This document shows, piece by piece, positions 37,588-47,372 of a stretch of DNA of 64,000 nucleotides. The notes under the pieces were generated by a model. The model worked only from the letters and a program-made list of their open reading frames with translations. It had not been told where the DNA came from and did no database searches. Origin of the DNA: a virus. Lineage: Duplodnaviria; Caudoviricetes. Position 1 is the first letter of the stretch. Each line of letters opens with the position of its first letter. The DNA lies in IMG/VR virus record IMGVR_UViG_3300046786_000226, positions 1 through 64,000 of that record, one strand, 5' to 3'. Made by a program: the position numbers and the translations under genes.

Positions 37588-37845
37588 TTATTGACTCTCA
37601 CCAACAGCACGACCTTTGAAAGGATGCTGTTTAGGTGCTTTGCCTAACACTGGACTAGTCTTTTTTGGCATTTCAGTTGCAGGAACTTGTTTAGCTTTCT
37701 TTTGACCAGCATCTAAGTCCTCGCCAATCTCCTTACAGCTACCTTTTTCGTTTCGTTTCTTGCCTGGTACTTTTCTAAAACCTGGCCAGCACTTGTCGTA
37801 GATTTTGCTATTACCGTGTGCTTCGAGGAGTTCTTGTATTTTCAT
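37588..37845 (-). CDS. putative virion internal protein, basic Cys module
   Basis: N-terminus MKIQELLEA; KCWPGFRKVPGKK..SCK. Confidence 0.65.
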   Translation of the reverse strand: MKIQELLEAHGNSKIYDKCWPGFRKVPGKKRNEKGSCKEIGEDLDAGQKKAKQVPATEMPKKTSPVLGKAPKQHPFKGRAVGESQ

Positions 37846-37846
37846 A

Positions 37847-38269
37847 TTAACAATTCCATTTGCGTAATGCCAATGCCTTGCGTGTTGGCTCGCCGTTGTC
37901 CTTTTTCATAGGGCCTTTCATGCCACCCATTCTAGCACAGAATGATTTACGACGTTTGGCAGCTTTACTGCCTTTTTTAAGTTTACTAGGTTTAGTTGTC
38001 ACAGCAGTTTGTAATTTACTACCAGGATGTTCCCTGCGATAGCTGGCAACACCTTTGGCATTTAAACCGCCATTTTTATTCTTACCTGACTTCTTTTGCC
38101 AAGCGGCAGATTCTTTTAGTAAGTCATCATCGTCTAGATCTTCAAAGTCTTCCCAAATTACATCAGCATCGACGCCATGCTGTTCGGCAAGTTGTTCTAC
38201 CCATTCTTCAATGATATCAAATTGAGAATCTAAGTCTTGGATTGATTCAGTAAGTTCGTATAATCTCAT
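37847..38269 (-). CDS. putative virion internal protein, basic C-terminal domain
   Basis: MRLYELTES; LKESAAWQKKSGK..RRKSFCARM..LRKWNC. Confidence 0.7.
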   Translation of the reverse strand: MRLYELTESIQDLDSQFDIIEEWVEQLAEQHGVDADVIWEDFEDLDDDDLLKESAAWQKKSGKNKNGGLNAKGVASYRREHPGSKLQTAVTTKPSKLKKGSKAAKRRKSFCARMGGMKGPMKKDNGEPTRKALALRKWNC

Positions 38270-39177
38270 TTGTCTTCTGCGCTCTTAGATAACATTACTT
38301 TACCTTGTAATGTAGGATTGTTTTTAACCATAGCAAGTGCATAGTTATTGGCGCCACGTTTCCAATCAAAGGACTTTGCTACACCTTTTTGTTTGTATAT
38401 TCTACCATCTATGCGAATATACCATGGACCACGATCTTTGTCAATTTGTTGTTGACGTAAGTTACGTTCAAAGTTAGGATCATCTTCATGTCCTAATTCG
38501 TGTTGCATTTCTCGACGTTTAAAGTCACGCTTGCCTTGATCCATTTGATCTTGTTGATAGCTATCGTAGTTAGTAGCACTCATGGTGTCTGGATTACGAC
38601 TGCCGTATCTACCAGCTTCCGACACACCTTCATTTACTTTGACGCCATATTTTTGTAATAGTTGAGCAGTTTTTTGTGCCCACTGCTTGTTATTTTCAGC
38701 AGATGCACCAGACATGCCTCTAACAATGGTTATGTTTAAGTCTGCGTGTTCTTTAGCATATCGAGGATTCTGTTCAATCATTGCAAAATGTTGCTGTTGT
38801 ACTTTGTTAATAAACGTTGTGTCATTTGCGCCGGCTTGAGCATTAGTGGCAGCACCAACCCCAGCGGCACCTAATGCCGCTGCCGCTCCAAATTTTAAAA
38901 ATCCTCTGCGACTCATATCGGCTTCGTCTACGTCACTACCCATGCCATCTAGTGTTTGTTCAACTTGTCTAACCCAACCACTGACATCACTGCTACCAAT
39001 TTCTTCTGTGTCGCCAACAAAGTCAGAAACATCATCAATTGCGGCCATGACTTTTTGTGGGCCATATTTTTGTAACAAGTCTGAACGTTGCATCATAATA
39101 CGACGAGTGATAGCACCAGCTACTGGACTATCGCTTTCAGTTAAACTGTGTTCTTGTGCAAATTCAAATAATCTCAT
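38266..39177 (-). CDS. putative multi-domain virion cargo protein with internal Tat-like signal
   Basis: MRLFEF; internal MSRRGFLKFGAAAALGAAGVGAATNAQA. Confidence 0.75.
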   Translation of the reverse strand: MRLFEFAQEHSLTESDSPVAGAITRRIMMQRSDLLQKYGPQKVMAAIDDVSDFVGDTEEIGSSDVSGWVRQVEQTLDGMGSDVDEADMSRRGFLKFGAAAALGAAGVGAATNAQAGANDTTFINKVQQQHFAMIEQNPRYAKEHADLNITIVRGMSGASAENNKQWAQKTAQLLQKYGVKVNEGVSEAGRYGSRNPDTMSATNYDSYQQDQMDQGKRDFKRREMQHELGHEDDPNFERNLRQQQIDKDRGPWYIRIDGRIYKQKGVAKSFDWKRGANNYALAMVKNNPTLQGKVMLSKSAEDK

Positions 39178-40424
39178 AGTACAGACCTAATCTCTTCTCT
39201 AGATTTATAACCTTCAGCTACATAACGTAGTTGTTCGATAAACTCACGAACTGGACGTGGACGACCTTTTGGCATCATAGCACTTTCTGCACGTCTAGAT
39301 GGACGACCTCTTGCGCTCTTATATGCTTGTAATTGTACCGCTGATACTTTTTTGCCTGCTTTTTGTGACAATGTACCAGCACCAGAATTCCATGAACCTA
39401 CTACAGCAAATTTATCGCCACTTGGAATAACTGCTACTGCGTTTTCTGCGCTACCTACAATTTTGCGCTCTGGGTGTAATCTCTTAGACTTGTGATACCA
39501 TAGTCTATAATCTGTAATCTTTTCGCCAGCATCAGTTGTTTGAATACTAGCACTAGGACGGCCTGCGGCTCTAGGAACAGCAGTGGCTTTAGCCGCTACT
39601 TTAGCTGCCTTGGCCGCTGCCTTGGCAGCAGGCTTTTTGTTGCCCCACTCATCGTAATCATCTTCGTCGCCGTCATCGCCTTGATATTCGCTGCCGTATT
39701 TGCCTTTGTGTACCATGCCACCACTTGTTTTGGTTACTGTAGTACCCATGCCTGTTTTGCGTGACTTATCATTGAAACCATACCAGTCGTCATCATCTTC
39801 ATCGTCATAACGCTCACTGATTTTTTTCTTGCTTTCAGTAATAGATTCTGTAATATAATCATGCACGTCCTGATCAAAACGCATATGAATCCATTCATAA
39901 GGATCACCATCACGGCCTTTAGCTGTGCCATATGGCATTTCGCCATGTAGGAAATAGTAATCGTATAATGCGTGATATAACTCATCACTTAGTTCAGCAC
40001 CTGCGGCAAAGTCTTTAACTTCCTTAGGGAAACGTTTTACAATGTGTGCCAATGTATCATTTTGTTCTGGAGCCGCTTCTGCCACTGGTACAGCTTCTTG
40101 AACGCCTGGCTGTCCAATACGTGTAGCCGCTGCTTGCGCCATTTCTGGACCACGATCTTTGTACAACATATTACGCATACTAGACATGATTTGATCAAAT
40201 GCTCTTGGGTCAGATAACATTTGCATGAATTGTTCTTGACGACCATTTTGTAATGCTTTTTTATACAAGCCATATACAAATCTAGCTTCTGGGTGTTCTA
40301 ATGTAACTGGTTCTCCGCCAAGTGTAATAATAGCTTCGGAGCCCGTAGTTGCCGCATTGGCAATAGATTTTAAATTGTTTGCTCCAGCAATTACTGGGCT
40401 TTCAAATAGTTCAAATAAATTCAT
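39174..40424 (-). CDS. putative multi-domain virion cargo protein
   Basis: MNLFELFES; VQEA, VAEA, ITESITES, ISER linkers. Confidence 0.75.
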   Translation of the reverse strand: MNLFELFESPVIAGANNLKSIANAATTGSEAIITLGGEPVTLEHPEARFVYGLYKKALQNGRQEQFMQMLSDPRAFDQIMSSMRNMLYKDRGPEMAQAAATRIGQPGVQEAVPVAEAAPEQNDTLAHIVKRFPKEVKDFAAGAELSDELYHALYDYYFLHGEMPYGTAKGRDGDPYEWIHMRFDQDVHDYITESITESKKKISERYDDEDDDDWYGFNDKSRKTGMGTTVTKTSGGMVHKGKYGSEYQGDDGDEDDYDEWGNKKPAAKAAAKAAKVAAKATAVPRAAGRPSASIQTTDAGEKITDYRLWYHKSKRLHPERKIVGSAENAVAVIPSGDKFAVVGSWNSGAGTLSQKAGKKVSAVQLQAYKSARGRPSRRAESAMMPKGRPRPVREFIEQLRYVAEGYKSREEIRSVL

Positions 40425-40427
40425 GAT

Positions 40428-41060
40428 TTAACCTTTATAATTGCTGAAGTCGAAAACTTTTCTTAGTCTGTCGTAGGCTTCAGTGCTTATTTCTTCTTTT
40501 ACTTCTTCTTTATCGTTTGTACCGTGGTCTGTTGTTTTTGTAAATTCTTTACCACCTACTGTAAACTTATCACCTTTTTTAACTTGACGCATAGCATCAA
40601 CAAAAGCATTGCGTTCTGCAATAGAAGCTGTACTTTCTTGTGGAACATCTTTCTTAGGATTGCCGGATTTGATAATATTAGCAATATTTTGAATTGTTTG
40701 GTCATCGCCATTTTTCAAAATACTTAAAAACGCATCAGCAAGAGTTAGTGTATCTTGTCTTGTTGGATTGCCAACTAGGCTACGTTGAATAGCAGTTCTT
40801 AAAACTCTAGGATCAACACCAATCTCACCGCCAAGCTTGTTTATATTGTAGTGTGTGCCTTGACCTGGTGTTTCATTGCCGCCTGCCTGTTCGATGCCGC
40901 TTGGTGCTACGGCAGCTTCGCGTATTTTTTTCATTTCTTCTTGTAAACGAGCAATCATTGAATTGCGTTCAGAAAGTTGTTGTTCGTTTAACTCACTGGC
41001 ATTTACGTTACTTAAACGAGTTGCTAGTTCATACATTTTGCGGGCTTTTGCTTTATCCAT
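40428..41060 (-). CDS. putative head internal/core protein
   Basis: Start MDKAK overlaps upstream stop; IREA, VKEE linkers; NAFVDAMRQVKKGDKFTVGGKEF module. Confidence 0.7.
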   Translation of the reverse strand: MDKAKARKMYELATRLSNVNASELNEQQLSERNSMIARLQEEMKKIREAAVAPSGIEQAGGNETPGQGTHYNINKLGGEIGVDPRVLRTAIQRSLVGNPTRQDTLTLADAFLSILKNGDDQTIQNIANIIKSGNPKKDVPQESTASIAERNAFVDAMRQVKKGDKFTVGGKEFTKTTDHGTNDKEEVKEEISTEAYDRLRKVFDFSNYKG

Positions 41061-41277
41061 TATTAATCCTTTTTTCGATCCATTTAGCTTCCAATGCACT
41101 TGCCAATTCTTCGGCTATATTTGCATATGGTATTCTGCGTAATATTTCAGCACCTGATTCCTTACGCATACTTCTTGTTTTTCTCTTGCGGTGCATTCGC
41201 ATAAATGGCATAGAAACAGTAGAAATACTACCTGAGCCCATACCATCTGTGTCTTCTGTTAGTTCTTGGATCTTCAT
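41053..41277 (-). CDS. small putative virion internal protein
   Basis: MKIQELTED; TAAATA 5 nt before ATG. Confidence 0.65.
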   Translation of the reverse strand: MKIQELTEDTDGMGSGSISTVSMPFMRMHRKRKTRSMRKESGAEILRRIPYANIAEELASALEAKWIEKRINNG

Positions 41278-41320
41278 AAGTTTATTTATCGAATTTGTTT
41301 CGATTTATTTTAAATTTAAG

Positions 41321-42427
41321 TTACAGTAATTCCCAGCCGATAAACTGTGGATTCTTTAAGCTTTGTACACGTACTGTAGGATTTGATTCAAACATGCCAT
41401 TGGCATAGCGTACATAGATATCTAGTTCAGCATTATCTTCGCTGTCAGGACGACCAATAACAGCAATAAATCGTTGACTAGTGCCGTCAGGTTGGGCATA
41501 CTTTAAACCTTTTAACTTAAGATCCGCTACTTCATCTTGTGCTGGAACATAGTAAAATCCTTTGGCACTTAGGTAATAGTAAGGCTTGTCGCCAAAGCGT
41601 AGAATACTGCTTAACTTGCCAGCTTTGTTTAATGTTTGTTCGATGGTAACTTCAAATACTTTGGCAATTTTAGAATACATTGGCGTAGCATAAGCTTTTT
41701 TAGTGGCCCAGTTAGCTTGGAACCAATCGCCGAATACACGCTGCCATTGTGAGTTTTTAGTGATAGCACCCATTATATCTTGGCCAGTCATTGAAATATT
41801 CTTGTCGCCTTTTAAATTGATAATATACTTTTTAGTTTTACTATCGTAGGTAATGCCATAACGATCGATAGGAATCAAAGGTACATCTGGAGTACTTTGT
41901 GCGGCGTTAAGTACATCAGTGAATACCTTTTCTTTCATGTCTTGATATTCTGTGCCAGCATGCATGGCAAACACGTCAACACCGCGATCTGTTAGAATAC
42001 CCAGAGCTGCTGGAGTTAAGTTAGCCAATGTAATACCGCCTTCTGCTTTGACACTAATACCGGCTGTGGCACCGCTTTCAAATTCAATGTCAGTAACACC
42101 TGCGGCAATGTTTTGTCCACCTGCCCATCCTAGTTTAGTGGGAGCAGGCCCTTGTTTGGCTACAACCTTTTCACGTACCATAGAACCTTTTCCAGCCCAA
42201 GCATCGAAAGTAGCTTGATCAAAGTTAGGTACTAACAAGCTTTTAATGTCCTTGTATGTTTGTTCGGGATTTATTAAGATTCCTGCAGGAATAGATTTTT
42301 CAGGATTCCTAGGGTCAAATTTACCGTGACCTACTAGGCCATAAAGCAAGCCCACTTCGCTATTGTAGCGAATACCACCGCTTTTGCCGCCTTCGGTTAT
42401 GGCTTGTTTAAGTTCTAATAATTTCAT
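41321..42427 (-). CDS. putative PD-(D/E)xK-like nuclease with cargo-type N-terminus
   Basis: MKLLELK..ITEG; SEVG..VTDIEF..GISVKAEG. Confidence 0.5.
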   Translation of the reverse strand: MKLLELKQAITEGGKSGGIRYNSEVGLLYGLVGHGKFDPRNPEKSIPAGILINPEQTYKDIKSLLVPNFDQATFDAWAGKGSMVREKVVAKQGPAPTKLGWAGGQNIAAGVTDIEFESGATAGISVKAEGGITLANLTPAALGILTDRGVDVFAMHAGTEYQDMKEKVFTDVLNAAQSTPDVPLIPIDRYGITYDSKTKKYIINLKGDKNISMTGQDIMGAITKNSQWQRVFGDWFQANWATKKAYATPMYSKIAKVFEVTIEQTLNKAGKLSSILRFGDKPYYYLSAKGFYYVPAQDEVADLKLKGLKYAQPDGTSQRFIAVIGRPDSEDNAELDIYVRYANGMFESNPTVRVQSLKNPQFIGWELL

Positions 42428-42446
42428 AATATTATATTTATTTCAA

Positions 42447-43067
42447 TTAAATCTTGTCTAACAAATCTCTGTTAGATCTTAAGTATGCTTTGGCATTGTT
42501 TAAATCATCGAAGGCTTTGATTGTAACACCGTTGCCATCAATGACATGATAACGAACTTCAGTTGAATCGTCGACACGTTTACGAGTCAAACGTTTAATG
42601 TATGCTCTACCATCGTCGATGCTTTCTTTTACGCCTGAACCTGTGTCTACATTATATGATCCACTAGATCTTGAAATCTGATGTTTAGCTTCCCATACTT
42701 CGTTCAATAGCAAATCAACTAATTTACTACCCAAATCTTCTTCTGCCCACTCTATCATACTTTCTCTAAATTCTGTATCGTAGCTTAAGACAGCATCTGC
42801 GAGATCAAACCAATTTGGAGAACCGTTACTGTTTAGTTTATTATAGGCTTCTCTAACGTCTGAAAGATCTTGTCCCCAACTTATTTCTTCTGGATTTTCT
42901 TCATCGTAGTCATTATCCTGAGCAGTTCCTAATGATATTATTATTTCAGATAAAAACTTCTTTACTGCTGATACTGTGTTAGTAGGAGCAGGCCTGAAAA
43001 ATTTCGCATAAGTTTGTTTCATCAAATCGCTGTGATAATTTTCGCTTATTATTTCGTTGAATCTCAT
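42447..43067 (-). CDS. putative virion cargo protein
   Basis: MRFNEIISE; LNEVWEA, VKES linkers. Confidence 0.7.
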   Translation of the reverse strand: MRFNEIISENYHSDLMKQTYAKFFRPAPTNTVSAVKKFLSEIIISLGTAQDNDYDEENPEEISWGQDLSDVREAYNKLNSNGSPNWFDLADAVLSYDTEFRESMIEWAEEDLGSKLVDLLLNEVWEAKHQISRSSGSYNVDTGSGVKESIDDGRAYIKRLTRKRVDDSTEVRYHVIDGNGVTIKAFDDLNNAKAYLRSNRDLLDKI

Positions 43068-43068
43068 T

Positions 43069-43518
43069 TTATTTTCCTATCCTGCTTAGTTCATATATTA
43101 CTTTGTTGCCTGTATCAGCACGAAAGGCTCTAAAGCCCCAAGCTCTAGCATAACGCTGAACTAAGCTGTCATATAGTCTGGCTCTACTCTGTGCGTTCTG
43201 TCCTTGTTCAACTTCTTTGCTAGCTGAAAAGATTACTTTATTAGGCTTGTATTTCTTAATAAACTTTTGAATAGCACTTAATACTGTAGCAAATACTCGT
43301 TGAGCATCACCTTCACCTGTTACTTCTTGGCTGTTGTTTCTAAAGAATTCAACGTTCCATGCTTCTTCTTTATCTTGGTTATAACCTTTATTGAACATAA
43401 TGCTTAGATAGTTACCATCATCTAATTTAGCGTATGCGTCAATATCACCATAGTCTCCTTGTTCCCAACGAAGTTGGTAGGGTTGATCAAATGCTTCTTT
43501 TAATTCCAGTAATCGCAT
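43069..43518 (-). CDS. putative virion cargo protein, function unknown
   Basis: MRLLELKEA; single globular domain. Confidence 0.7.
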   Translation of the reverse strand: MRLLELKEAFDQPYQLRWEQGDYGDIDAYAKLDDGNYLSIMFNKGYNQDKEEAWNVEFFRNNSQEVTGEGDAQRVFATVLSAIQKFIKKYKPNKVIFSASKEVEQGQNAQSRARLYDSLVQRYARAWGFRAFRADTGNKVIYELSRIGK

Positions 43519-43519
43519 A

Positions 43520-45874
43520 TTATTCTTGACTCATTACAGGAACCATTACAGGCACCATTCTAAGGCCTTCTGTATGCTCGTGTCCATTATTTCTTATCCA
43601 CGGAACGGCTGCTCTATAAGCATCTTCTGCATTATTACCAACGCCACTGAGGCGATATAATTCTCTGCCAGTTCCGTCTACTAATTTCCATATACCTGTA
43701 AATCTGCCACCTTCGTGCCGACCAAATGTTGGCAGTGGCTCGTTTTCTCCCACTGGCTCGACTTGATAGTTACCGTCAAAGTTATTTTCTCTTGCCCATA
43801 AGGCAGCAAACTCATTGGCAAATGCTCGTGTATTGTTAGCGGCAAAGAATACATATAATGGTCTACCAAGCCCGTCTATTATTTTCCATCGGTGAGTTGG
43901 ACTTGTTTGAGCACGGCCTTGTTGAGCGTCATTGCGTTGGCGCTGTAAATCTAATGTACTTCCTGGAATAGGTGCTGACAATACCGAGCGAACATCATAA
44001 TCAGTTGGGTCTCCGGGTAAACCTAAGTCGGCTAAATGTCCGGCAATTTTGTTGGCAGCATCATCTGGACTATTTGCTCTAAATACAATAGGGCGACCTG
44101 AATTTCCTATCACTGTTCTGCCGTCGGCTTTGCGATACAATTCATATTCTGACGATTGTCCTACACTGCCGGCTGGTTGTGGTTCACCTACTGTTGCTTT
44201 AACAGGACTTTCATCATATGGCTTAATTGGCTTTGCTGTCATGTTTGTAGCGTTTGCCCAATCTGGGTATTCTGATTTGCCTTTTTGTATAGCTTCTTCT
44301 TTGCTAGTAGCAACGACTTGAACACTAGCACCGAATCCTGGACGACCCACACTCCACCAATATTTTTGTCCACTTGTTGGATCTTTTTGTACTTTACGTT
44401 CTAACTGCGCTTGACGAACAAAACTCTTTAACGCACTCTGTGGTAATTCGCCGGCAGCATATCTAGCAAAATAAGCTAATGTGTCAGTGCCTGTGCTTTC
44501 ATTGCCTGTTAATAATTTATAAAGTTTCTTTGCGTATTCTTGTTTGTATTTTGTTTCGTCTACTGCGGCATCCATAGCAACAACAAAACGATATAGTGTA
44601 TTTTCAATCTTGTCAAAGTTATCGTTTAACCAATCGCCACCTGGACTACGGAATTCGATGTAGCCTGTTTTAGTATTAATACTTGTATACTTTGATGTAC
44701 TACCACTGTGAATTATTTTAGATGCACTGGTGTTTAAGTGTTCGCGCATTTTGTCTAACAATGCTTTTGTATCATCTGGTCGTTGTACGATATGATTTTT
44801 AACCATCTTAAGGGCACTCTTACAGTAAGTATTGCCTTGACGACCAAACTCCTGTAATACGTATTCGTCGCCCATTAGAATAGCAAGCTTGACAAAGTCT
44901 AAATTAGCAATGTTGCCATCCCAATTAGGAACACTGACGTTAATGTGTAAACCTGTACTGTCATTTGTATAGCAACCAGTTTTGTCTGCCCACGCTTTAA
45001 CTTTCTTTAAGTCTTCGATTAATTCATTAACAGGCATAGGAGGGCTAACAAATTCCAATCCACCGTCTGCATCGTCATCTGGCTCTAAACTACCATCGGG
45101 TTCTACAACATAGTGTCCTGGCTCTCGACGTGCGCCATGATAGTTATTGCTGGAGTTGATTGGCTTACCAATAGCACGACTGAAACTATCTGCGGCATCA
45201 TCTATACTAACTTCTCCAGTTTCTCTTTCTGGAGTAAAGTAATGTGGCCAAACAATGTGGTAATTACTTTCCACATCCTGCATAGTATTAATATCAGCAC
45301 TTTCAAGCCATTCGCTTTCTAAATCAGCACTACCATAAAAATTATCACGGAAATCTTCTTCAGCTTCTTCATACCAAGGATTGATTTGATCTTCTGAGAC
45401 TTTGGCGGCAGCGTTTCTATAATCTTCTTTTGTAGGATCCGGATAGTTGCCGTTTTCATCTTCTTCTACACCTAATATACCAAATACATCACTAGGAGCG
45501 GCATTATAGCGTAGCCAATCATATATGACTTCATCTTTATCTGTTTCCCAACGATCCGCTAAATGTTGGTCCAACCATTCATGATAATCTTCAGTCATTT
45601 TATCGCGAAGTTGTTCACAGTCTCTACGACTGTTAAAATCACCATCATAGAAGAAATCAAAGGCATCTTGAATACTGTTTACGCTTTCATCCGCATCGTA
45701 GTCTGTTTCTCGATAGTCATCATCATAATCATCATCGCCTTGGCTTGCACCTGGAACAATCATTTCAAATTCCATACCAGCTTGTGCGTTAATGTTAGCA
45801 ACAAGACTGCGTAGGCCAGCAGGGCTCATATTAATTTCATTGATGATTTGTTCGAATATTTCTTTGTATTTCAT
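43520..45874 (-). CDS. putative amidoligase (COOH-NH2 ligase type 2) with tandem C-terminal modules
   Basis: GMEFEM, EPDGSL, GLEFVSPP, TNDSTGLHINVS, KYTSIN, IEFRSPGG; N-terminus MKYKEIFE. Confidence 0.8.
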   Translation of the reverse strand: MKYKEIFEQIINEINMSPAGLRSLVANINAQAGMEFEMIVPGASQGDDDYDDDYRETDYDADESVNSIQDAFDFFYDGDFNSRRDCEQLRDKMTEDYHEWLDQHLADRWETDKDEVIYDWLRYNAAPSDVFGILGVEEDENGNYPDPTKEDYRNAAAKVSEDQINPWYEEAEEDFRDNFYGSADLESEWLESADINTMQDVESNYHIVWPHYFTPERETGEVSIDDAADSFSRAIGKPINSSNNYHGARREPGHYVVEPDGSLEPDDDADGGLEFVSPPMPVNELIEDLKKVKAWADKTGCYTNDSTGLHINVSVPNWDGNIANLDFVKLAILMGDEYVLQEFGRQGNTYCKSALKMVKNHIVQRPDDTKALLDKMREHLNTSASKIIHSGSTSKYTSINTKTGYIEFRSPGGDWLNDNFDKIENTLYRFVVAMDAAVDETKYKQEYAKKLYKLLTGNESTGTDTLAYFARYAAGELPQSALKSFVRQAQLERKVQKDPTSGQKYWWSVGRPGFGASVQVVATSKEEAIQKGKSEYPDWANATNMTAKPIKPYDESPVKATVGEPQPAGSVGQSSEYELYRKADGRTVIGNSGRPIVFRANSPDDAANKIAGHLADLGLPGDPTDYDVRSVLSAPIPGSTLDLQRQRNDAQQGRAQTSPTHRWKIIDGLGRPLYVFFAANNTRAFANEFAALWARENNFDGNYQVEPVGENEPLPTFGRHEGGRFTGIWKLVDGTGRELYRLSGVGNNAEDAYRAAVPWIRNNGHEHTEGLRMVPVMVPVMSQE

Positions 45875-45876
45875 AG

Positions 45877-46134
45877 TTAGCCTACAACTTTCGCAGTAAT
45901 TTTATATTTATTGTAATAATGATTGATATCAAAAATAGCAGATTTGTAATCATCGACAAGCCAATGATATACATAAAACTTTAACAAGCTTTTAGAATCC
46001 TCGCTGAACTTTGTAGCCGTTACTCTTGCTAATGCCAATGACGGATAGCGACTTTTTAATTTAGAAATAATATACTCGTCGTATGTGTCTACTTCGACAT
46101 CAAGTGTAGTATATGTTTGATCAACACGCTTCAT
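45877..46134 (-). CDS. hypothetical protein
   Basis: 85 aa; lacks the cargo motif. Confidence 0.6.
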   Translation of the reverse strand: MKRVDQTYTTLDVEVDTYDEYIISKLKSRYPSLALARVTATKFSEDSKSLLKFYVYHWLVDDYKSAIFDINHYYNKYKITAKVVG

Positions 46135-47372
46135 TTTTTATGTTTAAAATAATTAATACGACGCTCTTGCTTCTCTACCCAATCCTTGCTGGGTTTGCCA
46201 TCGCCTTTAAAATATACCAAAGGACGACCTTCTCGTTTACTTACTATGGCCCAACGCTTGTGTATCTTACGAAGGTATTCCAATAAGTTGGCAGCTTCTT
46301 CTTCTAGATTGTATTCTTCGCTGTCTGTAATTTGTTTTAAGTTGTGCTTTTTCAACCATTGCTGATATTCATATGGTGTTCTGAATTCTTTTCTTTTATT
46401 AGCAACTGCTTTAGGATCATAATAAAGACGTTGTTTAGTAATCTCTAATGGGTCATGTGCTTTTTCATCACCAGCAAAGAAGTCACGCATAGTAGATAAA
46501 CTTGTAGCTTCTTCTAAGTCAGCAACCGCAAAGCCAATATAACTATCGCCATTCTCGTCGCCTGATTGTACAACAAAGGCACCGCCTTCTTCTGATTCTA
46601 ATTCGCCAATTTCCCAACCCATACGTGCTAGTACTTGCTCTACTTGTTGCTGTGTGCCCAAGTCTCCATTGTACCACATACGAGCATATTTGTGTAATGT
46701 TTCTTCTTCTCCGCCATCGCCTGCGTCTGGAGCAAATTCATTTAAGCTTTCGGATACTGCTAGTCGTTTGTCAAATATTTGTTTAATCTTTTTTAACTGT
46801 CTACTCTGCGGATATAAGTCTTGTAGAATACTTAATTTAGTTTGATCATCTGCACCGCTGTATAGTTCTCTAACTTGACTGCCGCTGTAAACAGGATTAC
46901 CGGCAATACTAAAGTCGTGCTTTTTAGTCACAAAAATATAGGCATGCTTGCTAAAAGGTTCTGCACCTTGTATACCTTGCCATGGTTGATAGTAACTCAC
47001 ATCCGTTGTTTTCATTGGATCACGTTCACTGCGAACAATTACCAATACGTCGCGTTCTGGATTGAATTTTTGTAATACTTCTAAAGGATTTAACGGAGTG
47101 CTGGTTACTTTGCGACCATTGTCATTGACATAGCTCATTGTACCTACTTGTATAAATGGATCGACTACGCCTGCTTGCTGTGCTAAAAATTGTTTTTCTT
47201 TAAATTCAAATGGACGCTCTGTGGTTACGTTACTGGCAGCAACAAAGAAATGTGCGCCAGGAAAAGCTGTCTTAGCTTCTCTATAACTGCTGGCATGTCC
47301 TTCATGAAAGGGTTGAAAGCCGCCTCCATAGACAACTATAATGTTTGGTTGTTTAACTTCTAATAATCTCAT
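46131..47372 (-). CDS. HxGH nucleotidyltransferase fused to extra domains
   Basis: YGGGFQPFHEGH, YSGSQVRE; MRLLEVK; VSESLNEF and LEEA linkers. Confidence 0.75.
   Translation of the reverse strand: MRLLEVKQPNIIVVYGGGFQPFHEGHASSYREAKTAFPGAHFFVAASNVTTERPFEFKEKQFLAQQAGVVDPFIQVGTMSYVNDNGRKVTSTPLNPLEVLQKFNPERDVLVIVRSERDPMKTTDVSYYQPWQGIQGAEPFSKHAYIFVTKKHDFSIAGNPVYSGSQVRELYSGADDQTKLSILQDLYPQSRQLKKIKQIFDKRLAVSESLNEFAPDAGDGGEEETLHKYARMWYNGDLGTQQQVEQVLARMGWEIGELESEEGGAFVVQSGDENGDSYIGFAVADLEEATSLSTMRDFFAGDEKAHDPLEITKQRLYYDPKAVANKRKEFRTPYEYQQWLKKHNLKQITDSEEYNLEEEAANLLEYLRKIHKRWAIVSKREGRPLVYFKGDGKPSKDWVEKQERRINYFKHKK

Noticed and set aside
43069-43518. ADP-ribosyltransferase (T4 Alt-like) or GNAT call
   Set aside because: No R-S-E or acetyl-CoA-binding motif visible; left as unknown cargo.
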